A stretch of DNA of 64,000 nucleotides from an uncultured Actinomycetes bacterium (GTDB lineage: Bacteria; Actinomycetota; UBA4738; HRBIN12): assembly GCA_963835415.1 (NCBI GenBank), contig CAWIFZ010000003.1:221323-285322 (forward strand), written 5' to 3'. The translations under genes were made by a program, and so were the position numbers. Below are positions 11,867 to 21,298 of the stretch, piece after piece. Each line of letters opens with the position of its first letter. Position 1 is the stretch's first letter. The notes under the pieces are model-generated. The model saw only the letters and a list, made by a program, of their open reading frames with translations, had not been told where the DNA came from and ran no database searches.

Positions 11867-12837
11867 TAGGTGTACCTCACCCTCGGGTCCAGGAACGCGT
11901 AGACGATGTCGACCACCAGGTTGGCGATGGCGATGAACAACGCCCCGAGGATCGTCACGCCCATGACCTCCGGGAAGTCCTGGGTCCCGATGGCCTGGAC
12001 CGCCATCTGGCCGATGCCCGGGAGCCCGAAGAGCGTTTCGGTGATGAACGCTCCGCCCAGCAGGGCGCCCAGGTCGAGACCGAGCATGGTCACCACGGGG
12101 GTAAGCGCTCCCCGCAGCCCGTGCTTGAAGATCACGCGGCGCTCAGGCATGCCCTTGGCTCGCGCCGTGCGGATGTAGTCCTCGCTCATCGTCTCGATCA
12201 GGTTCCCGCGGACCATGCGCGCGTAGAACGCTGCGGACGTCACTGCGAGCGTGATCCAGGGCAGGATGAACTTGCCCTGCGCGATCGATTGCCAGATGTT
12301 CGAGCCGATCTCCAGCCCGGAGGACGGGGCGACACCCAGCTTGAACCAGAAGAAGTACAGGAGCAGTTGTCCCAACCAGAAGACCGGCATCGAGACGCCG
12401 ATCAGCGCGAACAACATGCCGGCGCGATCCCAGAACGACCCTCGCTTGATCCCCGAGATGATGCCGATGGGGATGCCGATGAAGATCCACAGGATCGCGG
12501 CGCCGACGGCGAGCGTCACCGTGACCGGCAACCGCCGATAGATCTCTTCCTTGACCGGCACGAAGTTCCCGTACGAGTAATACACGTCCTCGTCCAAGAA
12601 GAGGCCCGGCCACGGGATGAGCCCCTTGGCGAACCTCCCGTACTGGACGTAGAGCGGCTTGTCCAAGCCGAACGCCTTGCGAGCCGCCTCGATCTGCTCG
12701 GGGGTCGTGCTCCGCCCCACCGCGCGGCGCGCAGGGTCTCCGGCCGGGAGCTTGACGAAGATGATGAACGTGAGCAGCGACACGACGAAGAGCACCAGAA
12801 CCATGAAGAGCGCCCGTCGGATCAGGTACCTGCCCAC
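11866..12837 (-). CDS. Peptide ABC transporter permease (OppB/DppB type)
   Basis: 323 aa and polytopic. It starts [24 protein letters not shown] and carries the EAA-like loop [28 protein letters not shown]. Confidence 0.9.
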   Translation of the reverse strand: MGRYLIRRALFMVLVLFVVSLLTFIIFVKLPAGDPARRAVGRSTTPEQIEAARKAFGLDKPLYVQYGRFAKGLIPWPGLFLDEDVYYSYGNFVPVKEEIYRRLPVTVTLAVGAAILWIFIGIPIGIISGIKRGSFWDRAGMLFALIGVSMPVFWLGQLLLYFFWFKLGVAPSSGLEIGSNIWQSIAQGKFILPWITLAVTSAAFYARMVRGNLIETMSEDYIRTARAKGMPERRVIFKHGLRGALTPVVTMLGLDLGALLGGAFITETLFGLPGIGQMAVQAIGTQDFPEVMGVTILGALFIAIANLVVDIVYAFLDPRVRYT

Positions 12838-12867
12838 CTATCCACCTCCTCGGATCCGGGCTCGACG

Positions 12868-12896
12868 GGAGGGGGCCGCTTGCCGCGACCCCCTCC
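12868..12896 (-). promoter_or_regulatory. Intercistronic GC hairpin after the peptide-binding-protein gene
   Basis: ggaggggg (12868-12875) pairs with ccccctcc (12889-12896) around a 13-nt loop. It sits in the 100-nt spacer between the binding-protein stop and the permease start. Confidence 0.4.
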
Positions 12897-12937
12897 GCAT
12901 CGTGCCGTGCTTCCTCGTTGCTTCGAAGCCTCCCCGA

Positions 12938-14827
12938 TCAGCCCTTGTTCGCCACGGCCAGCTGATCGAACGCAGCCAGTCCGGCGAATTGGTCGAACGA
13001 GTAGTTGATGATGTTGTCCGAGGTGATGTCCACGCTGTTGTCGAAGAGATACGGCGCGTACGGCACCACGTCCTCCATCAGGAACGTGTCGAAGTCCGCC
13101 CAGCACTGGAACAGGGCGTCTCCTTCGACCTCGCCACATGCGGCGATCTTGTCGTCGACGCTCTCGACGGACGTCACGTCCGTGTAGCCCCACTCCTTGA
13201 TCTGATCCGGAGTGGCGCCGAGCCCCATGTAGTTGCAGCAGCTCGGCCAGAGCGAACTCGAGTCGAACAACGGACCTGCGAACGTGTAGCCGGCCGGGTA
13301 GTCCTTGCCCCACGCGGGGCCGAGACAGATGGCGGCTTGCGAGTTCAGGTCGTTGCACTTGGTGTACATCGTGCCGCGCTCGAGCTCCTTGACGTCGAAC
13401 GTCAACCCGATCTGCTCCATGATCGGTGCGATCAGGGCAGCCTGCTTCGGGTACGGATCCTCACGGTCCGTCACCGCCAGGATGGCGGAACACTCCGGCG
13501 CGTCACAGACACCGTCCTGGTTGGTGTCGTACTTCGATTGGGCCATCTCTGCCTTGGCCTTCTCGATATCACCGGCCGAGTTCGGCGTGGCGTACGGGTC
13601 GTAGGTCTCGAGGAGGTTGTTCTCGAGACTGTTCACCATGATGTGCCCGGCGATCTCACCGGTGGTGGCACCGCCTCGGAGCTGTCGCATCCCGTCCTTG
13701 TCCAACGCCCAGTTGAACGCCTTCCGCACATGGATGTCGTCGAACGGCGGCGTCAGGAAGTTGAACGAGACGTAGCGGAGCGCGTCGGACGCATACACGT
13801 TGATCTTGTTCTGCAGATCGGGATCCGTCGTGTAGTCCCGGATCGTCTCCGGCGGCACGGCGCCGTCCACCACGAAGTCCAAGTCGTTGGACTTGACCTT
13901 GTTGTAGAGGTCGTCGTTGTTGCCGCCGATCGACACCTCGATCCGGTCCGGGTACGCCGGACGCAGCTCGTCGGTCGCGGCATCCCAGCCCGGGTTGCGG
14001 ACGAGCACGATCGAGCGACCCGGAACGTAGCCCGGCGCCTCCGTCTGATCGGCCGGCGGCAACCGAGAAGTCCATCGTGTCGGCACCCTCGAACTCGTAC
14101 GGACCGGTCGCCACGAGGAAGCGTCCGTAGTTCTTGTCGTGCCCCTCGGCGGCACCCAGTGCGGGCGTCACCGTTCGGCGGGATCGGAGACGCCGCCGGC
14201 ATCGCCAGGCGGTAGCTCAGGTCGGCCGTCGGGACGGTCAGCTCGATCTGCAACGTGCTGGCGTCGGGAGCCGACAGACCCGAGATCGTGTCGGCCTTGC
14301 CGGCACCGAAGTCGTCGAATCCCTTGATGACGCTGTAGTAGAAGGAGTACCCCCCGACGTTGGCCTTCGGGTTCGCCTCCCTCTCGAGCGCCCGGATGAA
14401 GTCCTGCGCCGTGACCTCGACGTCCGTGAACGGGTCGCCGTAGTGCACGCCGGACTTGAGCGTGTAGGTCCACGTGAGCTGGTCGTCCGAGATCGTCGGC
14501 TCCGAGGCCGCGATGTCCGGGAAGAGCTCCGTGCCGCCGTCGGCGGTGGGAACGCCCTTGTACGACATCAGCGTTGCGGAGCAAGCAACAGCGCATGTAC
14601 TCCCACGTGACGCTGTAGTACTCCTTCTGCGGGTCGAACGCCGAGACGACGTCAGCGAGCTGACCCATCCTGAGCGTCCCGCCCGAGAGATCGCCTCCGG
14701 TCGCGCCGGAGGCTCCGGTGTTGCCGGTGGCTCCTGAGCTGCCACCCTCGTTGTTGTCACCGCCACATGCGGCGGCGACGATGCCGAGTACTGCGACGAC
14801 AGCGATCAATTTCAACGTCCGTTTCAA
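12938..14827 (-). pseudogene. Peptide ABC transporter substrate-binding lipoprotein (family 5), at least 3 frame changes
   Basis: TTG start 14827, with lipobox VAAAC-GG. The coherent protein has to be read from four frames, switching near 14570, 14155 and 14062 (pieces in ORFs 14168..14827, 13753..14766, 13656..14171 and 12938..14155). Confidence 0.8.
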
Positions 14828-14884
14828 CGGTACCCCCCTTCTGGTTCCTTATCGTTTCCTCTGTTAGAGCCTTACCTTGCGCCT

Positions 14885-14914
14885 CCCTGCCCGTCCTCCC
14901 TTCCGTCCCGTCCC
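14885..14914 (-). other. G-run tract (five GGG runs in 30 nt on the mRNA-sense strand) between permease and binding-protein genes
   Basis: The + strand reads ccctgcccgtcctcccttccgtcccgtccc. This fits the G3-N2-G3-N5-G3-N6-G3-N2-G3 quadruplex-type pattern and lies within a purine-rich spacer of about 100 nt. Confidence 0.4.
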
Positions 14915-14933
14915 TTCCTTCACCTGGATACGG

Positions 14934-15944
14934 TCAGGCGGACGTCCGAGGATCGAGCGCGTCCCGCAGACCGTCGCCGACCAGGTTGAAGGCGAGGGTC
15001 GTCAGGAACAATGCGAGACCCGGGAAGATCATGAGCCAGGGTGCGTACCGGAACGCGTCACCAGCGGACGCGAGCATGGCACCCCAGGAAGGCGTCGAGT
15101 CCGGAACCCCCACACCGAGGAACGACAGACCCGCTTCGAACAGGATGTTGCTGGGGATGATCAAGGTCGTGAACACGATGATCGGCGCGGCCACGTTGGG
15201 AAGGACCTCCCGGATGATGATCCGCCTGTTCGACGACCCCAGCGATCGGGACGCCTCGATGAACTCCTTCTCACGCAGCGACAGCACCTGGCCGCGGATG
15301 ATGCGTGCGATGTACGGCCAGCTGAACAGCCCGATGATGAGGCTGACCAGCATCAGGCCCGGCTGGATCAATCCTCCCAGACAGCCTTCGGCGCTCGCGC
15401 CGCACGCGGACGCCAGACCGAGCGCGAGCAACAGGATGGGGAGCGACAGCACGACGTCGGTGGTCCGGGAGATCACCGTGTCGATCTTGCCCCGGTAGAA
15501 GCCGGCGCCCAGGCCGAGGATCACACCGATCACGAGCGCCAGCCCCGTGGCGAAGAACGCGATCACGAGGGACGTCCGCGCCCCGTAGAGCACCCGGATG
15601 AAGAGGTCGCGACCGGTTCCGTCGACCCCGAACCAATACTCCTTGCTCGGGCCGGACGGAAGGCCGAAGTCGTCGAGCGCCCGCAGGTTCACGTCGTTCG
15701 GGCCGTGATGGACGATCCTGGCGAACAGCGGAGCCAAGATCGCCAGCAGGATCATGATGACGACGATGACGATGCCGGCGAGCGCCCAACGATCCTTGCG
15801 GAACTGTCGCCAGAAGATCTCCCACGGAGAGCGGCCGACGACGTCCTTCGGGGCGATGATGGCGTCAGCCGATGCTGTGGCCTCCGCCGGGTCGACGAGT
15901 TCTTCTGTTGCGAGGTCGCCCTCGACGTCCCGTGGTGTTTTCAT
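14934..15944 (-). CDS. Peptide ABC transporter permease (OppC/DppC type)
   Basis: 336 aa. It has an OppC-type N-terminus (SPWEIFWRQFRKDRWALAGIVIVVIMILLAILAPLF) and an EAA-like loop (EKEFIEASRSLGSSNRRIIIREVLPN). Confidence 0.9.
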   Translation of the reverse strand: MKTPRDVEGDLATEELVDPAEATASADAIIAPKDVVGRSPWEIFWRQFRKDRWALAGIVIVVIMILLAILAPLFARIVHHGPNDVNLRALDDFGLPSGPSKEYWFGVDGTGRDLFIRVLYGARTSLVIAFFATGLALVIGVILGLGAGFYRGKIDTVISRTTDVVLSLPILLLALGLASACGASAEGCLGGLIQPGLMLVSLIIGLFSWPYIARIIRGQVLSLREKEFIEASRSLGSSNRRIIIREVLPNVAAPIIVFTTLIIPSNILFEAGLSFLGVGVPDSTPSWGAMLASAGDAFRYAPWLMIFPGLALFLTTLAFNLVGDGLRDALDPRTSA

Positions 15945-16035
15945 ACCAGGGCTCGCATGTTAGGAGTATCCCCCCTCCGCGGCAATCCAGCGGGGGATGT
16001 TACGGCAGGAAACCGCAACGTGCATCACCTGGGGC

Positions 16036-17319
16036 TTAGGCACGCATCAGGTCCGCGAGCCGGGGCAAGATATCGATACCGCGGAGACGCCCCAGCGCCC
16101 CGTCCGCACACTCTCGCTCGCCGAACGACGTGGAACCGTCGGACTGCACCCCGCCGCCGCTCACCAGGAGCGGGACGGGATCCGCCGTGTGTGCCTTCCG
16201 GACGCACGAGGTGGAGTGATCGCCCGTCACCGCCACGATCGTGGTCGTGAGGTCGAGGGAACGCAGGACCTCCGAGAAGAACCCGGCGTCGATCGCGGAG
16301 ATGACGTCGCGCTTGTCCTCGGCGCGGCCGTCATGTGCCGGGACATCGGGTCCTTTGATGTGGACGTAGAGCGCGTCGTATCCGGCGAGCGCGTCCACGG
16401 CCAGCCGCGCCCATTCCGCGTACCCGGCGACGGCGACATCCATCGCCACGTCGATACCCAAGCGGGGGGCCGGGACCGGGTGCATCCCGAGCATCTTGGC
16501 GATGCCGCGCTCGACCGGCATCTCCACGAAGCACCCCCACTCCGGCCCGAAGCGATCATCGATGCTCTGCAGTACAGGCAGGTGATCGCCGCCGTCGCGG
16601 GTGAGGATCACGTTGGCCGCGAGCTGACCGCGGCGACGACGCTCGACGTTGACGTCCGACGCGTCCAGGATCTTCGCGGACTCCTCCACGAACCGGTTCG
16701 TCAGCTCCGCCGCGTGATGGGCCTCGTCGGAGTCCGACAACGGTTCACAGTGCGCCACAACGGGTTCGAACGTCTCGAGCGCGACGCCGAGCGAGCCCTC
16801 CTTGCGGTAGGCGGGATCGGTGTTCGTCACGTCCGCGGACAGCCGCTCCTCCCCGGCCCGGATCAGCAGCGATCCGCGGTGCTCGACGGTCGCCTTCAGC
16901 GTGAACGTCGCCCCGGGGAGGACGAGCGTCTCGTTCACCTCCCGCGCCAGCGCCGCCGCCTCGTCGGACGACAGATCGCGGCCCACCCGGCGATCGACGA
17001 TCTGCGGCCATTCGCACGTGGCGAAATTCACCCGGTAGGCGAGGTCGCCGTCCTCGAAGTCCATGTCGGTGCCGACCGCCTCCACCACTCCCCTGCCTGG
17101 GTGCTCGCCTCGCGGGTCGTAGCCGAGGATCGCGAAGACCGCGATGTCGGACTCCGGGGCGATGCCGTCGCCGACCGTGACCACGACACCCGTCCGTCCT
17201 CGCGCCGCCAATGAGTCCATCGCGGGTGTGACGGCCGCCTCGAGCGGGGTCCGGCCGTCGAACTCGGGGATGGGGTCATCGCCGAGGCCGTCCAGACACA
17301 CGTAGAGCAGCTTCTTCAT
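16036..17319 (-). CDS. apgM: Cofactor-independent phosphoglycerate mutase, archaeal ApgM type
   Basis: 427 aa. The N-terminal MKKLLYVCLDGLGDDPIPEFDGRTPLEAAVTPAMDSLA and the C-terminal metal-site region VTGDHSTSC fit the alkaline-phosphatase-superfamily ApgM. gaaggag lies upstream of the ATG, which is 11 nt after the tpiA stop. Confidence 0.8.
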   Translation of the reverse strand: MKKLLYVCLDGLGDDPIPEFDGRTPLEAAVTPAMDSLAARGRTGVVVTVGDGIAPESDIAVFAILGYDPRGEHPGRGVVEAVGTDMDFEDGDLAYRVNFATCEWPQIVDRRVGRDLSSDEAAALAREVNETLVLPGATFTLKATVEHRGSLLIRAGEERLSADVTNTDPAYRKEGSLGVALETFEPVVAHCEPLSDSDEAHHAAELTNRFVEESAKILDASDVNVERRRRGQLAANVILTRDGGDHLPVLQSIDDRFGPEWGCFVEMPVERGIAKMLGMHPVPAPRLGIDVAMDVAVAGYAEWARLAVDALAGYDALYVHIKGPDVPAHDGRAEDKRDVISAIDAGFFSEVLRSLDLTTTIVAVTGDHSTSCVRKAHTADPVPLLVSGGGVQSDGSTSFGERECADGALGRLRGIDILPRLADLMRA

Positions 17320-17330
17320 GGGTGGCTCCT

Positions 17331-18101
17331 TCAGCGGTATCGGACGATGAGCGCGAAGTCCTCCGGGTCGAGGCTGGCACCGCCCACGAGCGCCCCGTCG
17401 ATCTCGGGATGCGCCATGAAGTCACGGATGTTGCCCGGCTTCACGCTCCCCCCGTACTGGACCCGGACGGCCCCGGCTACCGTGTCGCCGTACGACGCGG
17501 CGATCGTCCCGCGGATGAGCGCCATCACCTGTCCGGCGTCGGACGGCTCGGCGTTGCGGCCCGTGCCGATCGCCCAGATCGGCTCGTACGCGATGACGGC
17601 GGTCGCGGCGTCCTCGGGCGCGACCCCGTCGAAGGCCCGTTCCACCTGCTGCTGGACCTTCGACTCGGTCCCGCCGGCGTCGCGCTCCTCGAGCGTCTCC
17701 CCGACGCATACGATCGGCGTCATCCCATGGGCGTACACGGCCTTCGCCTTCCGGTTGACGGTCTTGTCGTCCTCGCCGAAGAGCTGCCGGCGCTCGGAGT
17801 GGCCGACGATCACGTAGCCCACCTTCAGCGCGACGAGCATGGGCGGCGAGATCTCGCCGGTGAACGCACCCTTCTCCTCCGGGAAGACGTTCTGCGCACC
17901 GAGACCGAACGACAGGCGGTCGGACTCGATCAAGGTCTGCACGGAGCGGAGGGCGGTGAACGGGGGGCAGATCACGATCTCGACCCGCTCGGCGTCGTCC
18001 TTGTCCACCAGGTAGGAGAGCTTCTGGACCGCCTGGATGGCCTCCAGGTGCGTCTTGAACATCTTCCAGTTGGCCGCGATGATCGGGCGCCGTTCGGTCA
18101 C
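17331..18101 (-). CDS. tpiA: Triosephosphate isomerase
   Basis: Motifs AANWKM, VGHSERR and AYEPIWAIGTG. GTG start 18101 overlaps the pgk stop (GTGA). Confidence 0.95.
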   Translation of the reverse strand: MTERRPIIAANWKMFKTHLEAIQAVQKLSYLVDKDDAERVEIVICPPFTALRSVQTLIESDRLSFGLGAQNVFPEEKGAFTGEISPPMLVALKVGYVIVGHSERRQLFGEDDKTVNRKAKAVYAHGMTPIVCVGETLEERDAGGTESKVQQQVERAFDGVAPEDAATAVIAYEPIWAIGTGRNAEPSDAGQVMALIRGTIAASYGDTVAGAVRVQYGGSVKPGNIRDFMAHPEIDGALVGGASLDPEDFALIVRYR

Positions 18102-19279
18102 GGGGACTCCTCCAGGATCGTGATGCCGGGAAGCGCGCGGCCCTCCAGGAACTCCAAGGAAGCGCCGCCGCCGGTCGAGAGATGGTCGAACGCGTCGTCG
18201 AGCCCGGCGTCGGCGACGGCCGCGAGGCTGTCGCCGCCGCCCACCACACTGAACGCGTCGCTCGACGCGATCGCCTGTGCGACCCCGAGCGTTCCGGCCG
18301 CGAACGGCGCCAGCTCGAACACCCCCATCGGGCCGTTCCACAGGATGGTCTTGGCGCCGGCGAGGTGGGCGCCGAACGCCCTGACGGTCTCCGGGCCGAT
18401 GTCCAACCCTCGCCAACCGTCCGGGATCTGATCGGCAGCGACCACCGTGCACGCCGCGTCGGCCGTCATCTCCTGGGCGGCAACGACATCGAGCGGCAGG
18501 ACGACGGGTACGCCGCGTTCCGCGGCGCGCGCGATCGCCGCCCGGACCTCATCGAAGCGATCCGGTTCGACGAGGCTGTCCCCGATGCCACCGCCGTCGG
18601 CCGCGATCAAGGTGAACGCCATCGCTCCCCCGATCAGCATGGCGTCGACGTGATCGATCAACGCGTCGATCGTCGAGAGCTTGTCCGACACCTTCGCTCC
18701 GCCCAGGACCGCGACGTACGGTCGCGCGGGGGCGCTCCGCAGACGTGAGAGCACGTCGACCTCGCGCTGCAGGAGACGGCCGGCCACCGCGGGTCTCCCG
18801 CTCGCGAGCATCAGCTCCGGCAGGGCCGAGACGCTCGCGTGAGCGCGATGCACCGCGCCGAACGCGTCGTCGACGTAGACGTCGGCGAGCTCGGCCAGCC
18901 GGCCAGCGAACGCCGGGTCGTTCGCCTCCTCGGCGGGATCGAACCGGAGGTTCTCCAGCAGGACCACCTCGTCGGCGGGGAGCTCGCCCGGTGTCGTCTC
19001 CGGCAGGCTCGTCACCGGTCGTTCGAGGAGCTCGGCCAGACGCGCGCCCGCCGGTGCCAAGCGCAGATCGTCGCGCACCTGACCCTTCGGACGGCCGAGG
19101 TGCGACGCGAGCACCAGGGCGGCGCCGCGCTCGAGCAGTTCCCGGAGCGTGGGCAGGGTGGCACGGATGCGGGAGTCGTCGGTCACGACGCCGTCCGTCA
19201 GCGGGACGTTGAAGTCCACGCGGACGAAGACGCGGAGGCCGGTGGTGTCCCCGAGGTCGTCGAGGGTTCGCAGCGTCAC
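18098..19279 (-). CDS. pgk: Phosphoglycerate kinase
   Basis: Motifs RVDFNVPL, SHLGRPKG and GGGDS. GTG start 19279 overlaps the gap stop (GTGA). Confidence 0.95.
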   Translation of the reverse strand: MTLRTLDDLGDTTGLRVFVRVDFNVPLTDGVVTDDSRIRATLPTLRELLERGAALVLASHLGRPKGQVRDDLRLAPAGARLAELLERPVTSLPETTPGELPADEVVLLENLRFDPAEEANDPAFAGRLAELADVYVDDAFGAVHRAHASVSALPELMLASGRPAVAGRLLQREVDVLSRLRSAPARPYVAVLGGAKVSDKLSTIDALIDHVDAMLIGGAMAFTLIAADGGGIGDSLVEPDRFDEVRAAIARAAERGVPVVLPLDVVAAQEMTADAACTVVAADQIPDGWRGLDIGPETVRAFGAHLAGAKTILWNGPMGVFELAPFAAGTLGVAQAIASSDAFSVVGGGDSLAAVADAGLDDAFDHLSTGGGASLEFLEGRALPGITILEESP

Positions 19280-20283
19280 CGGGCTGCAGCGACGCGCTCG
19301 ACGAGGTCGACGAGCCGGTTCGAGTAGCCCCACTCGTTGTCGTACCAGCCCATGACCTTCACGAGGTTGCCCATGGCCATGGTCAGCGGCGCGTCGAACG
19401 TGCACGACGCGGGCGTTCCGACGATGTCGGAGGACACGATCGGGGCTTCCGAGTAGACGAGCACCGTGCTGAGGGGGCCGGACTCGGACGCTGCCCGGAA
19501 CGCGGCGTTCACGTCGTCCACCGTGACGTCACGGTTGAGGATCGCGGTGAAATCGGTGATCGATCCGTCGGCGACCGGCACGCGCAGCGACTGGCCGTCC
19601 AGCTTTCCCTTCATCGCCTCCAGGACCAGGCTCGTCGCGCGCGCCGCACCGGTGGAGGACGGGATGATGTTCAGCGCCGCCGCCCGGGCCTCGCGGAGGT
19701 CCTTCGACGGCCCGTCGACGAGCGCCTGCGTCCCGGTGTAGGCATGGATCGTCGTCATGAGTCCGCGCTCCACCCCGAATGCATCATCGAGGACCTTGAC
19801 CATGGGGACGAAGCAGTTCGTCGTGCAGGAAGCGTTCGAGATCACCTTGTGTGTGTCGGGGTCGAACGTGTCGTCGTTCACGCCGACCACGAACGTGGCG
19901 TCGGCGTCCTTGCCGGGCGCGGAGATGATGACGAGAGGCGCGCCGGCATCGAGGTGCTGCGCGGCTTTGTCACGATCGCTGAACAGCCCCGAGCACTCCA
20001 CCACCACGTCGACGCCGAGCTCGCCCCACGGGAGGGCCTTCGGATCGCGCTCGGCCAGGATCGTGAGCGTGTCGCCGTCGACCTTGATGCCTCCGTCGAC
20101 CACGTCGACATCACCCTTGTAGGTGCCCAGGATCGTGTCGTACTTCAACAGGTGCGCCATGAGGTCGATCGAGAGCAGGTCGTTGGCGGCGACGAAGTCG
20201 AAGTCCGCCCCGCGTTCCTTGGCGGCGCGGAAGAAGTTCCGGCCGATGCGTCCGAAACCGTTGATGCCGATCTTCGTGGTCAT
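19276..20283 (-). CDS. gap: Type I glyceraldehyde-3-phosphate dehydrogenase
   Basis: INGFGRIGR at the N-terminus, active-site SNASCTTN and WYDNEWGYS. ATG 20283 is preceded by gaggagga. Confidence 0.95.
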   Translation of the reverse strand: MTTKIGINGFGRIGRNFFRAAKERGADFDFVAANDLLSIDLMAHLLKYDTILGTYKGDVDVVDGGIKVDGDTLTILAERDPKALPWGELGVDVVVECSGLFSDRDKAAQHLDAGAPLVIISAPGKDADATFVVGVNDDTFDPDTHKVISNASCTTNCFVPMVKVLDDAFGVERGLMTTIHAYTGTQALVDGPSKDLREARAAALNIIPSSTGAARATSLVLEAMKGKLDGQSLRVPVADGSITDFTAILNRDVTVDDVNAAFRAASESGPLSTVLVYSEAPIVSSDIVGTPASCTFDAPLTMAMGNLVKVMGWYDNEWGYSNRLVDLVERVAAAR

Positions 20284-20383
20284 GAGGTCCTCCTCGGATC
20301 GTGGCCTGCAGCGTGGGCGAACCCATCCTAGCGACGGCGTCACCCCGCGACCGGGACGGATGGCCCCGAAGGAACCGGGTCCT

Positions 20384-21298
20384 TCAGCGGTCGTTGCTCC
20401 GCTCGACGTCCCGGTGCTCCACCGCGACGGGCTGCCCGCGTTCCCGGAAGTACCGAGCCAGCTCATCGGCCACCACGACGGAGCGGTGACGACCGCCGGT
20501 GCACCCGACCGCGATCGTCAGGTACGCCTTCCCCTCGGCGATGTAGCCGGGCACGATGACGTCCATCAGCGCCTCCAGACGTTCGACGAACTCGCGGTAC
20601 TGCGGCTGACCTTGGACGTACGTGCAGACGGCTTCGTCCACACCGGTCAGCGGTCGGAGCTCCTCGATCCAGTACGGGTTGGGCAGGAAGCGAACGTCGA
20701 GCATCAGGTCGGAGTCGCGCGGAGCGCCGTACTTGAAGCCGAACGAGATGAGCGAGACCTTCAGCCCGTGCTCGGGCGGCGCCTCGGCGAACGCCTCCCT
20801 GATGCGCTCGCGGAGCTCGTGCGGCGTCAGGTCGGACGTGTCGATCAGGAGGTCGGCGTCGCCGCGGAGGCTCTCCATCATCAGCCGTTCCTTGCGGATG
20901 CCCTCGACCACCCGGTCGGCCGGCGCGAGCGGGTGCCGGCGCCGCGTGGCCTCGTACCGGTTCACCAGGTCGTCGTCCGCGGCGTCCAGATAGAGGATCC
21001 GATACCCGATGCGCTCTTGATCCAGCTCCTCGAGCGCCTTCGAGAGCTCGCCGAAGAACACGCCCCCACGCGCGTCCACCACGATGGCGACGCGCGCCGG
21101 ACCGCCCGGGCGAGCCGCGAGCTCGGCCATCTTCGGCAGCAGCGCGGGCGGCAGGTTGTCGACGACGAAGTAGCCGAGGTCCTCGAGTGAGTGCGCGGCC
21201 TCCGAGCGGCCGGCGCCGGACACGCCCGTGATCAGCGTGAACGCCGGGCCGACGCGCGCCTCGTCGGGATCGGGCACCGGGCGCACGGCGCGCGGCAT
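20384..21298 (-). CDS. rapZ: RNase adapter / nucleotide-binding protein RapZ (YvcJ family)
   Basis: P-loop GVSGAGRS followed by LEDLGYFVVDNLP, and a C-terminal GCTGGRHRSV. The ATG overlaps the uvrC stop. Confidence 0.9.
   Translation of the reverse strand: MPRAVRPVPDPDEARVGPAFTLITGVSGAGRSEAAHSLEDLGYFVVDNLPPALLPKMAELAARPGGPARVAIVVDARGGVFFGELSKALEELDQERIGYRILYLDAADDDLVNRYEATRRRHPLAPADRVVEGIRKERLMMESLRGDADLLIDTSDLTPHELRERIREAFAEAPPEHGLKVSLISFGFKYGAPRDSDLMLDVRFLPNPYWIEELRPLTGVDEAVCTYVQGQPQYREFVERLEALMDVIVPGYIAEGKAYLTIAVGCTGGRHRSVVVADELARYFRERGQPVAVEHRDVERSNDR

Noticed and set aside
9798-20466. N-terminally extended ORF calls for the F-type peptide ATPase, tpiA, pgk and gap (and, further along, uvrB at 33466..35973)
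   Set aside because: The extensions are Arg/Gly-rich and overlap the upstream genes. Internal ATG or GTG starts reproduce the conserved N-termini and give ATGA/GTGA coupling, so the coordinates were trimmed.
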